Positions 1 through 13,861 of a DNA stretch of 64,000 bases are shown in pieces (the stretch's first letter is position 1; the number at the start of each line of letters is the position of its first letter). The notes beneath the pieces are model-generated. The model worked only from the letters and a program-made list of their open reading frames with translations. It ran no database searches and was not told the origin of the DNA. This DNA comes from Eledone cirrhosa (lineage: Eukaryota): NCBI GenBank assembly GCA_964016885.1, contig OZ024743.1:110794001-110858000 (forward strand), read 5' to 3'. The translations under genes were made by a program, and so were the position numbers.

Positions 1-284
1 TCCCCACTTGAATATGAGCCTTCGACGAAACAGAAAAAAATCGATAAATTGTGAAGTGTTGTATGTCAATACAAAGTAGACGTGAAATTTATGAAGAAGA
101 GAAACTTCAGTGTTCATGCCAGAGGCTTAGCTTTTCTAACTTAAACAAAGCAACAATTCACTTCACTCAAATTGTTAAAGCAGATCTCAAATGAAATATA
201 CGTGCATATTTCTCTTGATACAAATTTATATTTGTGCTACTTCCTATTCCATTTTTGTCAACAAATTTCGTTATATACATGTAT

Positions 285-285
<1 letters not shown>

Positions 286-366
<81 letters not shown>

Positions 367-460
367 CCATCGTCATCACCATCATCATCATCGTCATCAT
401 CATCGTCACCGTTCATCATCATCATCATCAACAACATCACCACCGCCATCATCATCATCA
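286..460. repeat. (CAT)n microsatellite, degenerate at 3' end
   Basis: Direct CAT tandem array; it explains the poly-M/S/H/I/D ORFs. Confidence 0.97.
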
Positions 461-939
461 TTGTTATTATTATTGCTGTTATTGTTGTTATTGCTGCGGC
501 TATTATTATAGTTGTGAATGTTACTTGATATTTATGCACATATATAATACATACATGCATACATACATCTATATAAATGATTTTATTTAAAATGATATCC
601 ATTTTATGTATTGCTCTATTAGCTGATTGAGTTGCTCTAGTTAAAGGTGTTGGTGAGGTATTTCTTGCTCTGCTCTCTACCACTGTTCAATCCATGTGAT
701 GCTAAAATGGACATGGTTTTCAATCTATTCTAGTGTGACGTTAATACCTATCTTAACAACATACGCGTGTTGGTTTTTCAACTCACATTCCCAACGAATA
801 ATGTGTATTCCCTTAAAGAATTCCTTAGTTGGTGGTGTTTTCTACGGTGTAATTCTTGATATTACGCGATTCCATATGGAATCCATAGCAATAATTACTT
901 AACTATGTTCTTTTTCCATCTAATTACAAACATTTATTA

Positions 940-1883
940 TCAAAACTACAATAAAGTGAGGTCTGCAGGACTGCGTACGGTTTATTTCTTTTAATCCAGT
1001 TAGTAAAATAAGTTGGATTACTTTGAATAAGTAACGAATGAAAATTAAATAATTTATGTACTAAATTTTGTAAACATAAATAATTTCTTAAAAATAAATC
1101 ATTTAAAATTGACTTATTTTCAAAGTTGCACGTCCGGTATATCGTCGCCAACAACACCACCTCAACTATATATATATAGAAATATAGAGTGTGTGATGAG
1201 AGAGATAGAGAGATTATGATTTTCTGCACATATCTTCGACACATACTTTCACACAAACATACATACATTCACACATAGTTCACACATACTTTCACAAAAA
1301 TATACATACATTTACACAAACACACACATACAGTCATGATAGCGTTCGTTGAAGTGGAAATGGGAGGGTAAAACAAGCATGACGTTTTATGTATTTATTA
1401 ACTCTTTTTTTTAAACTCATCGAAACTATAATAAAGTAAGGAGCGCGGGACTGCGTACGGTTTATAATTGTTTATCCCATTAGTATTTAAGTTGGATTAC
1501 TTTGAATAAATAAAGAATGAATATTACATAATGTATCTACTAAATTTCGTGGCTGTTGATTAAATATGTTTTATTTATTTAAAGATTCACTTTTTTAAAA
1601 TGTCTGAAATGTCAACACTTCCGGTTGGCGATCGCTTAAATAAACATACTAATTTTCTCCTAATGCAGTTCATATATAATATCGTCTTTTTTAATGTATC
1701 ATGGATTACGTTACTTATCACATAAGACAGTGTAACCCAGTGTTCGTTCAATTTCTATGTATATTGAGAATTACGATTTTATTTGATGTATTATATCTAC
1801 CTGTATATATACCTGCGTATAATATCAATATACACACTAGACCTGCTAGCAGAAAACCCACCGAAGGGTGCTTTTTCTGCTAG
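940..1883 (+). mobile_element. Non-autonomous Helitron-like element with two tandem 5' ends (TC at 940 and 1420) sharing one 3' end
   Basis: 5' termini A|TCAAAACTACAATAAAG and A|TCGAAACTATAATAAAG. 3' hairpin CTAGCAGAAAA..TTTCTGCTAG ends in CTAG|T at 1883. Internal duplication 940-1150 vs 1420-1635. Homologous copy on the minus strand at 10060-10581. Confidence 0.65.
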
Positions 1884-2029
1884 TTTAATATAGTGGTTAC
1901 AGAACGAAAACACTAACAAATATACAAATATACAAAGGAAAGGGAAAGGAAAAACAGAAAGTGCACGCGAAACTAAGGAAAAACGAGCAATATAGCGAGG
2001 AGCACTGGGAAACCTCTCTAATAATTTTT

Positions 2030-2480
2030 GAGGCAAGCCAGCATGCTCGCAGCGTTACCTGGAGTGATGGTGTGATGGCGTTGCTGAGGTGCTGGAACAA
2101 CCAACTGCCCCCACGCACATCACCAGTTACCTCTGTTTCGCGAGCAGTCAGTGAAGATGAGAACGTCGCTGTCAGTCGCCCGAACCCCTGAAACTTCTCG
2201 AAGGTCACAGGCTGGATATTGTAGTTAGGTGACGGAAACACGTTATTTTAGGATATGTTCCGTTCACCTACGGATGCTGTAGCTCTCCTCCTTACTGCTG
2301 CATCCAGAATGTGGGAAGAAGCAAAAGAGTCCCTAACTGTGACATCCCAGATAAGGCATCTGCCTCTTTACCAGGATCAGAGAGTAAGTCTGTCAAGTCT
2401 TTTCCCATCAATTCAGGACAACCCACACGTTTCCAAAATTGAGGAAATATTTTCCCGGGCCAAAGCTCTTGAGTGGTAAT
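2030..2480 (-). mobile_element. Degenerate CRE-like non-LTR retrotransposon fragment (restriction-like endonuclease C-terminus)
   Basis: Minus-strand translation with stops: LETCGLS*IDGKRLDRLTL..RGRCLIWDVTVRDSFASS...QPVTFEKFQGFG...GDVRGGSWLFQHLSNAI..GNAASML. Matches the DGKRPD/WDVTV/FQRLSVAIQRGNAA pattern of CRE-type REL domains. Confidence 0.7.
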
Positions 2481-2689
2481 AGGACAGTGTGTGTATGTGC
2501 ACGCGTGAGTTTGTCGGCGTTCTTAAATTAGAGACACGTGTGTGTGTCACTGTTTTTAAGTTAGAGACATATATGCGTGTGTCCATGTTATTCCCTTTAC
2601 ACACACATACATTCACACAATAACACATACACATTGCATGATGGACGGGTGGACAGAAGTCCCTCAAATTTATATATATGTGAATGGAG

Positions 2690-3290
2690 TTCTTCTGAAG
2701 CACTTAGAGAAGTTCAAGTATCTTGGAGCCGTGATGGAATGCAGGAGGATGGAATCAAGAAGGCTGAATTAAGTGAAAGAATTGCAAAAACTGATGCAGC
2801 AATGCACCAGCCTCAGCAATCAGATGAAAGGGGTAGGTGTAAAAGCCAAACTCGCTGTCTTCCTGGTATTCCTGCCAACTCTTACCGAGGATCATGAATC
2901 TTGAGTAATGGCAAAAAGAATACAATTGCAAATAATAGTATCAGAGATGGGATTCCCCCGAAGGGTCTTTGGAGTAACGTTACTCGATAAAGTGAATAGC
3001 TCAGTGACCAAAGAGTTACTCCTGGTAGAGCCGCTACTTCTCCGAATTGAGAGATCACAAACCCGATATTATGAGCATGGGGTTAGAATGTCTCAGTAAT
3101 GTATCGCTGGGCAGATTTTATTTGAGCAAGATAGTTGGATAAGATCCCGAGTTCGTCTGGTCATGATTTGGGATCCAGCTACATCAGTTAGAGATGTTTG
3201 CTTCTGACAGACTCGCTCGAAGGAGTGTTTGAGAAGGACTCTGCCCCCAGGACCCTCTCAGAAATAAGTGGGCGAAAAAGAAGAAGATAT
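2690..3290 (+). mobile_element. Degenerate RTE-clade LINE 3' fragment
   Basis: KFKYLG..., SEMGFPRRVFGVTLLDKVNS...VEPLLLRIERSQTRYYEHGVRM. Ends in a short GAA tail. Confidence 0.75.
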
Positions 3291-3330
3291 TGGCAATTTA
3301 ATTTTCAATTTACATATATATATATATATT

Positions 3331-3398
3331 TGCGTATAATACCAATATGCACACTACATATGCTAGCAGGAAACCAGCCATTGGCGGTTTTCTGCTAG
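3331..3398 (+). mobile_element. Solo Helitron-like 3' end
   Basis: Homologous to 1814-1883, with hairpin and terminal CTAG|T. Confidence 0.55.
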
Positions 3399-3504
3399 TT
3401 TATTATGATTATTCACTCTTCGTAATTCATATACCATTTTTTTCATAATTCGTCTCCATAATGAATCTCTATTATGATATACATATATTATCGATTACAT
3501 CATA

Positions 3505-3598
<94 letters not shown>

Positions 3599-4607
3599 CT
3601 ATTTTATATTATATTTCGTATGAAATTTGTAAAGTTTGATATTACGTAATACCGTTTGACCCTAGAGCAACGAATGATTTCTTCAATTACTTTCACCTAC
3701 TTACATATATGCATTACCTAATATTATAATTATAAATATCCACTCTTTATGGTTTACTCATTTACACCATTTATTACGAGTGGATATAATATTTTATGTC
3801 ATGAATGCTACTATCACTTCCTCTTAGTATCTGGGTTAGTGTTACGTCATAAACTGATCACCTAGATCTCTTCTAAGTTGCTTATTGCGAGGCCGGCATT
3901 TGATTCGCTACCTGCAACGCTTGGAACAAATGGAAGATAATGTTCAAGAAATTTTCCCTATTACCATATATTGAATCCATTCAATTGCATAACCCTTTCC
4001 TCGGATCCACATCAATGTCATTCTATGTTTGGTAGCCAGAATCCAGTAATTTTAGCGATTTACGCATGATTACGTCACCAAAAGACTTGCGTAATGATCT
4101 GATGACATAGGCGAACTATAGAAATAATAATTGTTAATTTTACAGCAGTAAAGGTAAATTAGGAATCCGGCTTTCTGTTTTTCGGAGAATATTTAACTAT
4201 GTTCCTACACAAACCAAGCAATACAACATGATGTAATTTGAATTTGTAAATTTGCCGGTTACATATATATTTTTTTAACAGTTTCCGATGATCTAGTAGA
4301 GTTAACATCGTATTTAAAATTGAGTGGCAATGTTTTTGGTGTTCAGCAATTTTTAGACAACTCTATCAGTGAAACAATTATTAGACTGCAAATAAATCCC
4401 CTTTTTTGTACCGTTGACCATGTTAATCTCCACTTTTTTAATTGTATTACTCCAAGATAAACTTACATAGGAATAAAGAGTGAAATCATAAACTCATCAT
4501 CTACGTAAACCTCTTGTTGATTCAAGAAACGCCGTACGATAAAACTATCCATAATAAGAATTATTCGCAACCTCTAATTGGATTACCTATAAGAATATCT
4601 TGTCATC

Positions 4608-4873
<266 letters not shown>

Positions 4874-5009
4874 AGATAAACCTACCACTCAATGGTAAGC
4901 CATATAAAGAATCCAATGTAATCCGTCTGTATTAGATGTCGTGGAGTAAAGTTTAAAATACAAAAATGTTATCAACGATATAATTCAATTGGTTACAGAG
5001 TCAAAATAG

Positions 5010-5113
5010 AAATATTAAAACAATGAAATTAAACACAAAACTGTTAATTCATAGTAAAACTGAGTTTTACTATGAATTAACAGTTTTGTGTTTAATTCCA
5101 TTGTTTTAATATT
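5010..5113. repeat. Near-perfect palindrome with ~50-bp arms
   Basis: ...CACAAAACTGTTAATTCATAGTAAAAC TGA GTTTTACTATGAATTAACAGTTTTGTG... Confidence 0.9.
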
Positions 5114-5188
5114 TATATATATATAACGACAACATTTTTTTCAATTCCTCCCCACTCATCCTTTCAATCTATCTTATTTCTCATTATT

Positions 5189-5224
5189 TCTTCTGATGAA
5201 GGAATGCTGTCCGAAACGTTATGA
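5189..5224 (+). ncRNA. Minimal type I hammerhead ribozyme motif (degenerate stem I)
   Basis: CTGATGA-AGG..CC-GAAA-CGTTA: canonical core with palindromic AACGTT stem III, as in PLE minimal hammerheads. Confidence 0.55.
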
Positions 5225-5341
5225 CGCTATTCCTGCTATATCAAGCGTTAACCTAATATATTCCCTTCATATAATGTACTGATTATGTTGTTGTATTTTC
5301 CACACACACATACACACACACTCACACACGCCCCGCCCCCC

Positions 5342-5429
<88 letters not shown>

Positions 5430-5472
5430 GGAATACTGTTGGCTTTCAGCTACAATATTTGCTATACCTTTC

Positions 5473-5508
<36 letters not shown>

Positions 5509-6675
5509 GTATGCTGTAGTCAGTTTCTTCCTCATTGAAAATAAATGTTACCGACATGTACATCATAAAAAAGTTTTAAAAGTATATATAAATATGAAGA
5601 AACACACAACAGGCACGTGTTCTCATTCACACACAACGGGCTCGCATGAAATCTCACTCACACATACACACACATATTTATATGTACATATATATATATA
5701 TTTTAAAAATAAATATATATATATATACATACATATGTATATATTTGTTTATGTATACACACGCAAGCAGTCATATATATATATACATATATATATATTT
5801 ATGTATAATTATTTATTCATATGTATATGTACTCACCCCTACATATGTTTATTATTATCTCCCTTTCTCTCTCTCTGTCTATATCACTCTTATGAACATG
5901 TATAGTGTATATATTTAGTTATTTGTATATGTGTATGCAATTTTTCGAGATCTTAAATTGTGATTGTGAGTGCGTAAAGTAGTTTTTTAAAATGTTATAC
6001 ACCAATAGCCTAAGAAACATCACATAAACACACATAAACACACACACTTTCTCATAAACGTATAAACACACACAAGCGTATATAAACACAAGGATAGAGA
6101 AAAGGAAAATGTGAGAGGGGGGGTGAGAGAGAGCGAGGGAGTAAGAGAAAGTGAAGGAGAGACAACGAGATATACCGATAGATAGATAGATAGATTGATA
6201 GATAGATAGATAGATAGATATATAGATAGAGAGAGAGAGAACGATAGAGAGAGATAGAGAGAGTGAGAGAGAGACATATACACACACTCACAAATACTTT
6301 CAAATGGAGAAGAAAATCAACATAAGATGACGTTTAACCAACAGTTTATCAAGATCGCCGAAGAGTTTTGTTCGTTAGAACGCCTTCTGGCAAACAGGTG
6401 TGAGATGTAAAACTGTTAGATAAGGGGTTTAAAAGCATCATTTTACATTTATTTCACACATTGCTGACTTTCTCAACTACCCAAATGCATGTTACTCTAT
6501 TTCAAATGTATTTGGAAGATGTTTAGTTTATTTCAATACTTTTTACAGTATTTTTAAATAATTATTTACCCCTTCTCTTATCGTTGTTGTTAAAACTATT
6601 TTTCATTGTTGCTAATTTATTTTGATATTTATACTTAAACACCATCACACATACACACACACACACACAAACACA

Positions 6676-6787
<112 letters not shown>

Positions 6788-7036
6788 AACACATGTATAT
6801 ATAGTTATATATTTACATATATATACATATATGTGTATATTTTTGTATGCGTATATACTTTATGTGTATGTGTGATGATTTTTTTTTTTTACTTAGCTAA
6901 GACCCGGGTATATATTGTATATATTGTACATATTGAAATTATTATTAGTAAGAATAATGTTTTTTGGCGTGTTGTAAACATATTACCTAACACGACTCTT
7001 TATGCCTTGGGTATGTGCCTTGTTGTTTCGATGGAT

Positions 7037-7220
7037 TGGCAGTAACGGTAGAGGGTCGAACGCCATGCTATGACGCATAGAGTTACGTCCCTTGCCATTC
7101 TGAGTTCAAATCCCGCCGAGGTTAACTTTGCATTTGATCCTTACGGGGTCGATAAAATAAAGTACCAGTAATACACTGGTGTTTTTGCTGGCCTTGTGCC
7201 AAAAGTAGAAACAATTATTT
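7037..7220 (+). mobile_element. tRNA-derived SINE (abundant octopus-type family)
   Basis: A-box-like TGGCAGTAACGG, B-box GAGTTCAAATCCC, body CCGAGGTTAACTTTGC..ATCCTTACGGGGTCGATAAAATAAAGTACCAG. At least 7 related copies in the window. Confidence 0.8.
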
Positions 7221-7589
7221 CAGTTGTATTAAAGCACATTTTAAAATATGCGTTTTGGTACCTAGTAATATTACTTTTCATATGCTGTATATACTTGTAT
7301 ATACTCCCAGAGCCCTTGTTATTCGGAGGATTGTTTCTGTTTTCATCAACTATACACAGGTTACTTCCCCCTAAAAATCTTTATATTCTGAAAATGTCTC
7401 CATTTCCTTAATCGATATATTCTCAACTATGGGGATAGATACATCAATTAGAATAGATTTAATCTTTTCAATTCATCCTCACCTTCCTCCTCCCCATCAT
7501 CATCGTATTAGTCGATATTCTTCGTCTTCGTTGTCCTTTTTCTTCTTCTCATTATTATTATTGCTGATATGCGGCATAGAGCTGCATCC

Positions 7590-7745
7590 CATTATGTTCT
7601 GATTTCATATCTCACCGAGGTTAACTTTGGCTTTCATCCTTACGAGGTGGATGCAATAAGTACCAGTAACGAATATGCGTCGATTTAATGGAATTTACCC
7701 CTCCCCAAATAGTGTTGTCCTTGTGCATAATTCAAAAACCAATAG
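7590..7745 (+). mobile_element. SINE copy, same family as 7037-7220
   Basis: CCGAGGTTAACTTTGGCTTTCATCCTTACGAGGTGGATGCAATAAGTACCAG. Confidence 0.75.
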
Positions 7746-7747
7746 TA

Positions 7748-8090
7748 TTATTATTATTATTATTATTATTGGAAACGCTTTTGTTCTGGCAGATGTTATT
7801 TGGAGTCTATACCAAAAGAGTTAGCCATAGCCAATGGTCAAAGGTCCTTCGGGTTATTCCTTCTACTTAAACATCTTCACACCCTTCTTATAATTGTTGC
7901 TGTTCCCAGCAAGGTTGTGTTTTGCGACAATCCACCTCAAGGCTATTCCTACATTATCAAGCTATTTCATCAATCCTTCTTGTAACTTCTCCAAATGCAC
8001 CAACCCCAATCGGTACCAATTCTCCAGAATTTCCTGATTTCTCTTTTCAGTTCCTGGTATCTCACCTTTCTCAATTTCAGCCTGTGGTGA
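7748..8090 (-). mobile_element. R4/Dong-like REL non-LTR 3' fragment with (TAA)n tail
   Basis: Minus strand reads QKTTLLGTATIIRRV (REL C-terminal QKxxLLGTAxILRKVL motif), followed by (TAA)n. Confidence 0.55.
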
Positions 8091-8104
8091 ATATATATGT
8101 CTGA

Positions 8105-8182
<78 letters not shown>

Positions 8183-8185
<3 letters not shown>

Positions 8186-8700
8186 GGAAAAGAATGAAAT
8201 TTCATTTCATTTCTCACTCTTAGTACGGCTGATACCTAAATGTAAGTATGTATACGTACATACATATATGTGTACAGACGTACAGTAGTATGTATATATA
8301 TACAAACATACACACATATATATATGTACATATGGTTTTACCGAACATTTATTATAATGTTCGGTTTGTTTGTAAACAAACAGCCCGAATTAAGCCGTAC
8401 AGTGTGTGGCAACCATCGTCGCCCTTTTGTTCAACACTCACAAAGGAACGATGAACTAGCTTCAAGCGTATTATCTATCGTCAGCATCGTATACCCTCCT
8501 GTCAGATGATTGAACGTTTGAAAGTATATACTTTCCCAATGCATATTAACGGCTGAGCAGCCTAATTTGCATATCGAGTGAGTTAGTCGGCCGGGCGTAC
8601 CGAAAACGATAAGTGGAAAAGAATGAAATGAAATTTCATTTCTCACTCTCAGTACGGCTGATACTTAAATGTAAGTAAGTATACGTACCTACATATATGT
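8183..8700. repeat. ~85-bp direct terminal repeat pair next to (TA)n
   Basis: TGGAAAAGAATGAAAT..TCTCACTCT.AGTACGGCTGATAC.TAAATGTAAGTA at ~8184 and ~8614. Confidence 0.7.
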
Positions 8701-8944
8701 ATACCAGCCCTTGTCATTTGCCGTATTGCTGAACAACCCAAGGCCGCATCAACGACACTTCTATAAATAATATGTTTCTTTTTTCTCTGCTAAAATTGGA
8801 TGTTTTCTGTCACGATTTGGTTACCCCCTATCTATATATGCATGCAGGTATGCGTGTATGTATGTATGCATTTATATAGGTATGTAGGGATAGCTAGATA
8901 TATGCGATTGTCTGTCTGCGCGTGCCTTTAGTTAGGACTTTAAT

Positions 8945-9020
8945 ATTTGATTTCAAATCCTACCGAGGTCACCTTTGACATACACCTATGCGGGATAGGT
9001 AAAACAATTACCAGTTACAT
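8945..9020 (+). mobile_element. Degenerate SINE fragment
   Basis: TTCAAATCCTACCGAGGTCACCTTTG...TACCAG. Confidence 0.5.
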
Positions 9021-9681
9021 ATGGTCAATAACATTCACTTTCTCTTTTCAATTTGTTGGCATTCATCAAATATCAGAAAACCGTGTTATTGGTATCTACA
9101 TTTTGGAAAATATGTTTTCAAATATGAGGATAGTTTATATACATATATGTGTATATGTGTGTGCGTGAATTCACTATTTCTCTCTCTCTCTCTCACACAC
9201 TCTCTCTCTCCTCTCTCTCTCGCTCTCTCTCTCTCGTCCTCTCTCACTCCATCTCTCTTTCTCTCCGTGTAGAAGGTGAATTAGAAAATGTCTCAACGAG
9301 AACCCATAGTGCACATATAATCTGTTAAATATTATTATTTTCCCAGTGATATATTAATCTGAAAGGTGTGAAATAAATTACAGACTTCCCCCTCCCGCCT
9401 AACATTCAGATAATGCCAGGAACTGAGACACGGCATTTCTCTTATTTTATTTCAAGACGAAAATCAATAATTTTAATCTATTTGTTTCCAAACAAAGGCT
9501 TTTAACTTAATTTGCATTACTTGGTATGCAATCTTCTATTCTTAAAACTACATTTTAGCAACTTGCTGAAAGAAATTAGAAAGTAAAGACTAACAAAAGG
9601 TAGAGAAGAAACGTAAAAGCAGAACAATGTAAAACGAAAAAGAAAACTTGAGAAATTACTAAAGATTATAGGGATTTTCAA

Positions 9682-9865
<184 letters not shown>

Positions 9866-9887
9866 GTATATATATATATATATATAA

Positions 9888-9934
<47 letters not shown>

Positions 9935-10059
9935 TATATATATAAAGAATGAATAATAACAGGTAGACATCATATATGCATAGTTTTAGAGCTATTGTAG
10001 TGTATATAGTACGTAATGTTACATATATGTGAATATATGTGCGAGTATATTTATGTATG

Positions 10060-10581
10060 CTAGCAGAAACCCACAACTCCGGTGGTTCTCTGCTAGCAAG
10101 TGTAGTGTGTATATTGATATTATACGCAAGTATATATAGATGTATATTATACCTCAAATAAAATCGTAATTGATAATATAAACAGAAATTGAACGAAGGC
10201 GTTGTTACACTGTCTTATGTAATCAGTAACGTAATCCATGATGCATTAAAAAAAGACGATATTGTATATAAACTGCATTAGGAAAAAATAGGTGACAGAA
10301 AATTAATATGTGTATTTAAGTGATCGCCACCGGAAGTGTTGACATCACTCACTCTCTCTTTCTATATATATGGTAGTTGAAGTGGTGGTGGCAACGATAT
10401 ACCGGAAGTGAAACTTTGAAAAGAGGTGAATCTTAAATTATTTTTGTTTACGAAATTTAGTAGATACATTATGTAATATTTATTCATTATTTATTCAAAG
10501 TAATACAACATATTTTTCTAATGGGTTAAAAAAGGAATAAACCTGCGCAGTCCTGCAGACGTTCCTTTATTATAGTTTAGA
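10060..10581 (-). mobile_element. Non-autonomous Helitron-like copy
   Basis: Reverse complement begins A|TCTAAACTATAATAAAG, is colinear with 1420-1883, and ends in hairpin + CTAG. Confidence 0.65.
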
Positions 10582-10597
10582 TATATGCATCCACACG

Positions 10598-10643
<46 letters not shown>

Positions 10644-11499
10644 CACGCATATATATATATATATATATTTATTTATATATGTATGTATGTATGTATATAT
10701 GTGCGTGTGTTTGAGAGACGAAAGTGATATCATATACATACATGCGTCTATGTATATATCTACCCATCTATCTCACCTCTCTCTGTCAAACTCCCCCTCT
10801 CTCCCCCCTCTCTCCCTCTCTCGCCTTCTCTCCCTATGTATATAATTTTATGTATATATCATATTGTAGAAATTGAATTGAATGTACGACAATGTACAGT
10901 GTCAGGTATGTTATAAATTTAATCAATGGGATTCAAAGATATTATGCCGAGAGTTGAGGCTAAATAAGTAAAATTCAAATCACTAGTGAATACATATACT
11001 CACAATAAAACCGATGGGGTCACAATATATAAAATGTTAGTCTAAATAGCTTGAGATAAGTTTCCACCCGTTCATGAATAAACATCATCAACATTGCATC
11101 CTACTTCGAAGAAATTAGGTATCAATTCAACAAATTCCACTGATTGGTTTTGAAAAGAATATTTATATTAATTACCCTTATTTAATCACAATTATGAAAC
11201 TGCTTATAAATTTATATTTCATTCTAAGTCATATTCATAACGGATTTCATCAAAATAGTTTCACTGTCAAAGAACACGAGAAGCACAAATTGGTGTAAAA
11301 TAAACTTACGTAAGGAAATTGGTATTTGAGAGGATCCAAAACCAAGCGGCGTACATTGAATTTTGTTTAATTTGTGCTGTGCGAGCGAAGAGCGGGTTAG
11401 GGAACAGTGTGTTGCCTCACCATGGGCCGTAATATTTGCGGAGTATATATCTTTTAGTATCTCAGCTCTCTGCAGCTATTGAAGGTTTTTTCACGTGTT

Positions 11500-12202
11500 T
11501 TTGTTGACAGCTCCTCAATTTTAGGCAGTACATAGATGGGCCCAGAACAACGATTTAGACAGAAGTTTCTGGTCCACCTGGGGAATTCTCCGGCAGAAGC
11601 ACTCTGAATACAGCATACGGTGATTAGATGATGTCTCGCTCACAGGTTTTTGAGTGACAAAAAAGGTACAAAGTTCGAAGCCAAGACATGGAGGACGACC
11701 TCGGCAGAGGGAGATCTTCAAGAAGCGGGGCTGTTGAGCGCGTGAGGCAAGTAATGGTTGATTGTTCGACTGATTGCAACTGATCTTGGCATGACAGCGA
11801 TAGTATTTGTAATATTATCACTGAAGATTTGGGCATGCAGAAAATCTGAGCGAAGTTGATGGTGAAGCAGCTAAACGAGACCAGATGCAACGGCGTATGT
11901 AGGTGTGCCAGGACATCGTTGAGCATCTTGAAAGTTAACAGTTATATGGAAGAGGCATCACCGGTGATTACTCATGTGGCCCCATTTTCGAGACGTGTAA
12001 GATATCAAGAAAGACGTGAAGAAGGAGCTGTGGAGAATAACGGGAGAATCCTTTCAGGAATGCATGTCGCTATGGCAGAGCAGGATGGGAATATAAGTTA
12101 GATTTGAGAGGATTATTTCTTTGCATAAACATGTAGTTTGTAGATTGGATATGAAATTTGTTACCGATCCCTGTCCTGTTACTTTTCTGAAATACATCGT
12201 AT
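11500..12202 (+). mobile_element. Degenerate, internally deleted mariner transposon
   Basis: MSRSQVFE*QKRY..MEDD..GR, DLGMQKI*AKLMVKQL (mariner HTH and WVPH/K-L-like linker). 3' TIR-like CTGTTACTTTTCTGAAATACATCG followed by TA. Confidence 0.7.
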
Positions 12203-12285
12203 ACACACACATTCTCACACACACACACAGTCTTATACACACAGGCTCACACACGCATACACACACATACACACACACAATCTCT

Positions 12286-12431
<146 letters not shown>

Positions 12432-12432
12432 A

Positions 12433-12560
<128 letters not shown>

Positions 12561-12717
12561 TGGAATAAATGCTCTGAAATAGCGATATATATGTGAATAT
12601 AGACATAGAATATTCGAAAATATTCTGTATGTTTATAATAAACATTTTGAAGACCTAATCGCTATAGAATAGAATACGTCACGTATTACAATTAGATTCT
12701 CGATAAAAGCAAGGGAA

Positions 12718-12760
12718 GTAATCTACGCGTTTCATTCTTGTTAGAAATCATCAGGACCAC
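12718..12760 (-). ncRNA. Minimal type I hammerhead ribozyme
   Basis: GTGGTC-CTGATGA-TTTC taacaa GAAT-GAAA-CGCG-TA-GATTAC. Stem I GTGGTC/GATTAC, palindromic stem III, GUA cleavage triplet. Confidence 0.85.
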
Positions 12761-13027
12761 ATATCCAGTGCTTTTATCGAGAATGACACAGCTAGAGACT
12801 TATAGAATACATAGCTGTGTACAGGAACTGGTTTGAAAGAGCGGTTGCCGGTCCGGCAGAAATTAGAAATTGGAATAAATGCTCTGAAATAGCGATATAT
12901 ATGTGAATATAGACATAGAATATTCGAAAATATTCTGTATGTTTATAATAAACATTTTGAAGACCTAATCGCTATAGAATAGAATACGTCACGTATTACA
13001 ATTAGATTCTCGATAAAAGCAAGGGAA

Positions 13028-13070
13028 GTAATCTACGCGTTTCATTCTTGTTAGAAATCATCAGGACCAC
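13028..13070 (-). ncRNA. Minimal type I hammerhead ribozyme (second tandem copy)
   Basis: Identical to 12718-12760, 310 bp away. Confidence 0.85.
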
Positions 13071-13221
13071 ATATCCAGTGCTTTTATCGCTATTTCAGAG
13101 CATTTATTCCAATTTCTAATTTCTGCCGGACCGGCAACCGCTCTTTCAAACCAGTTCCTGTACACAGCTAAGTATTCTATAAGTCTCTAGCTGTGTCATT
13201 CTCGATAAAAGCACTGGATAT

Positions 13222-13264
13222 GTGGTCCTGATGATTTCTAACAAGAATGAAACGCGTAGATTAC
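13222..13264 (+). ncRNA. Minimal type I hammerhead ribozyme (inverted copy)
   Basis: GTGGTCCTGATGATTTCTAACAAGAATGAAACGCGTAGATTAC on the + strand. Confidence 0.85.
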
Positions 13265-13547
13265 TTCCCTTGCTTTTATCGAGAATCTAATTGTAATACG
13301 TGACGTATTCTATTCTATAGCGATTAGGTCTTCAAAATGTTTATTATAAACATACAGAATATTTTCGAATATTCTATGTCTATATTCATATATATATATA
13401 TATATTAGGTATAGGATTATCCAAGATGTAGTAATGGTTGATTACTTCACTGGATATGGTTGACGTACGGTGAGAGGTTACTCTACGAGTTATGGAAGAA
13501 TTGGTGAAGAAACTTAGTTCCTGATCCTTCTGTATTCCGGAGTGTAT

Positions 13548-13861
13548 ATAAAGAATGAATAATAACAGGTAGACATCATAAAAAGGTAATTTATTCCGTG
13601 TGCTTACAAATGTTTCCACGGTGGTACTACAGCCTAGTTATGCTATTTGAAAATTTACAAGTATTTGCAGAACTCAAATATCTAATGCTGTGACCACTGT
13701 ATCCTCAGAGGATACAGTGGTCACAGCATTAGATATTTGAGTTCTGCAAATACTTGTAAATTTTCAAATGGCATAACTAGGCTGTAGTACCACCGTGGAA
13801 ACATTTGTAAGCACACGGAATAAATTACCTTTTTATGATGTCTACCTGTTATTATTCATTC

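Noticed and set aside
167-683. Poly-Met/Ser/His/Ile/Asp ORFs
   Set aside because: Translations of the (CAT)n microsatellite. The same applies to all [12 protein letters not shown] and poly-E/K ORFs in the track.
7037-7120. tRNA gene (also 26465-26540)
   Set aside because: The A/B boxes belong to SINE heads; there is no complete cloverleaf and the SINE body follows.
8500-8540. CAGATGA..GAAA-GTATATAC-TT hammerhead-like string
   Set aside because: No stem I pairing and a weak stem II.
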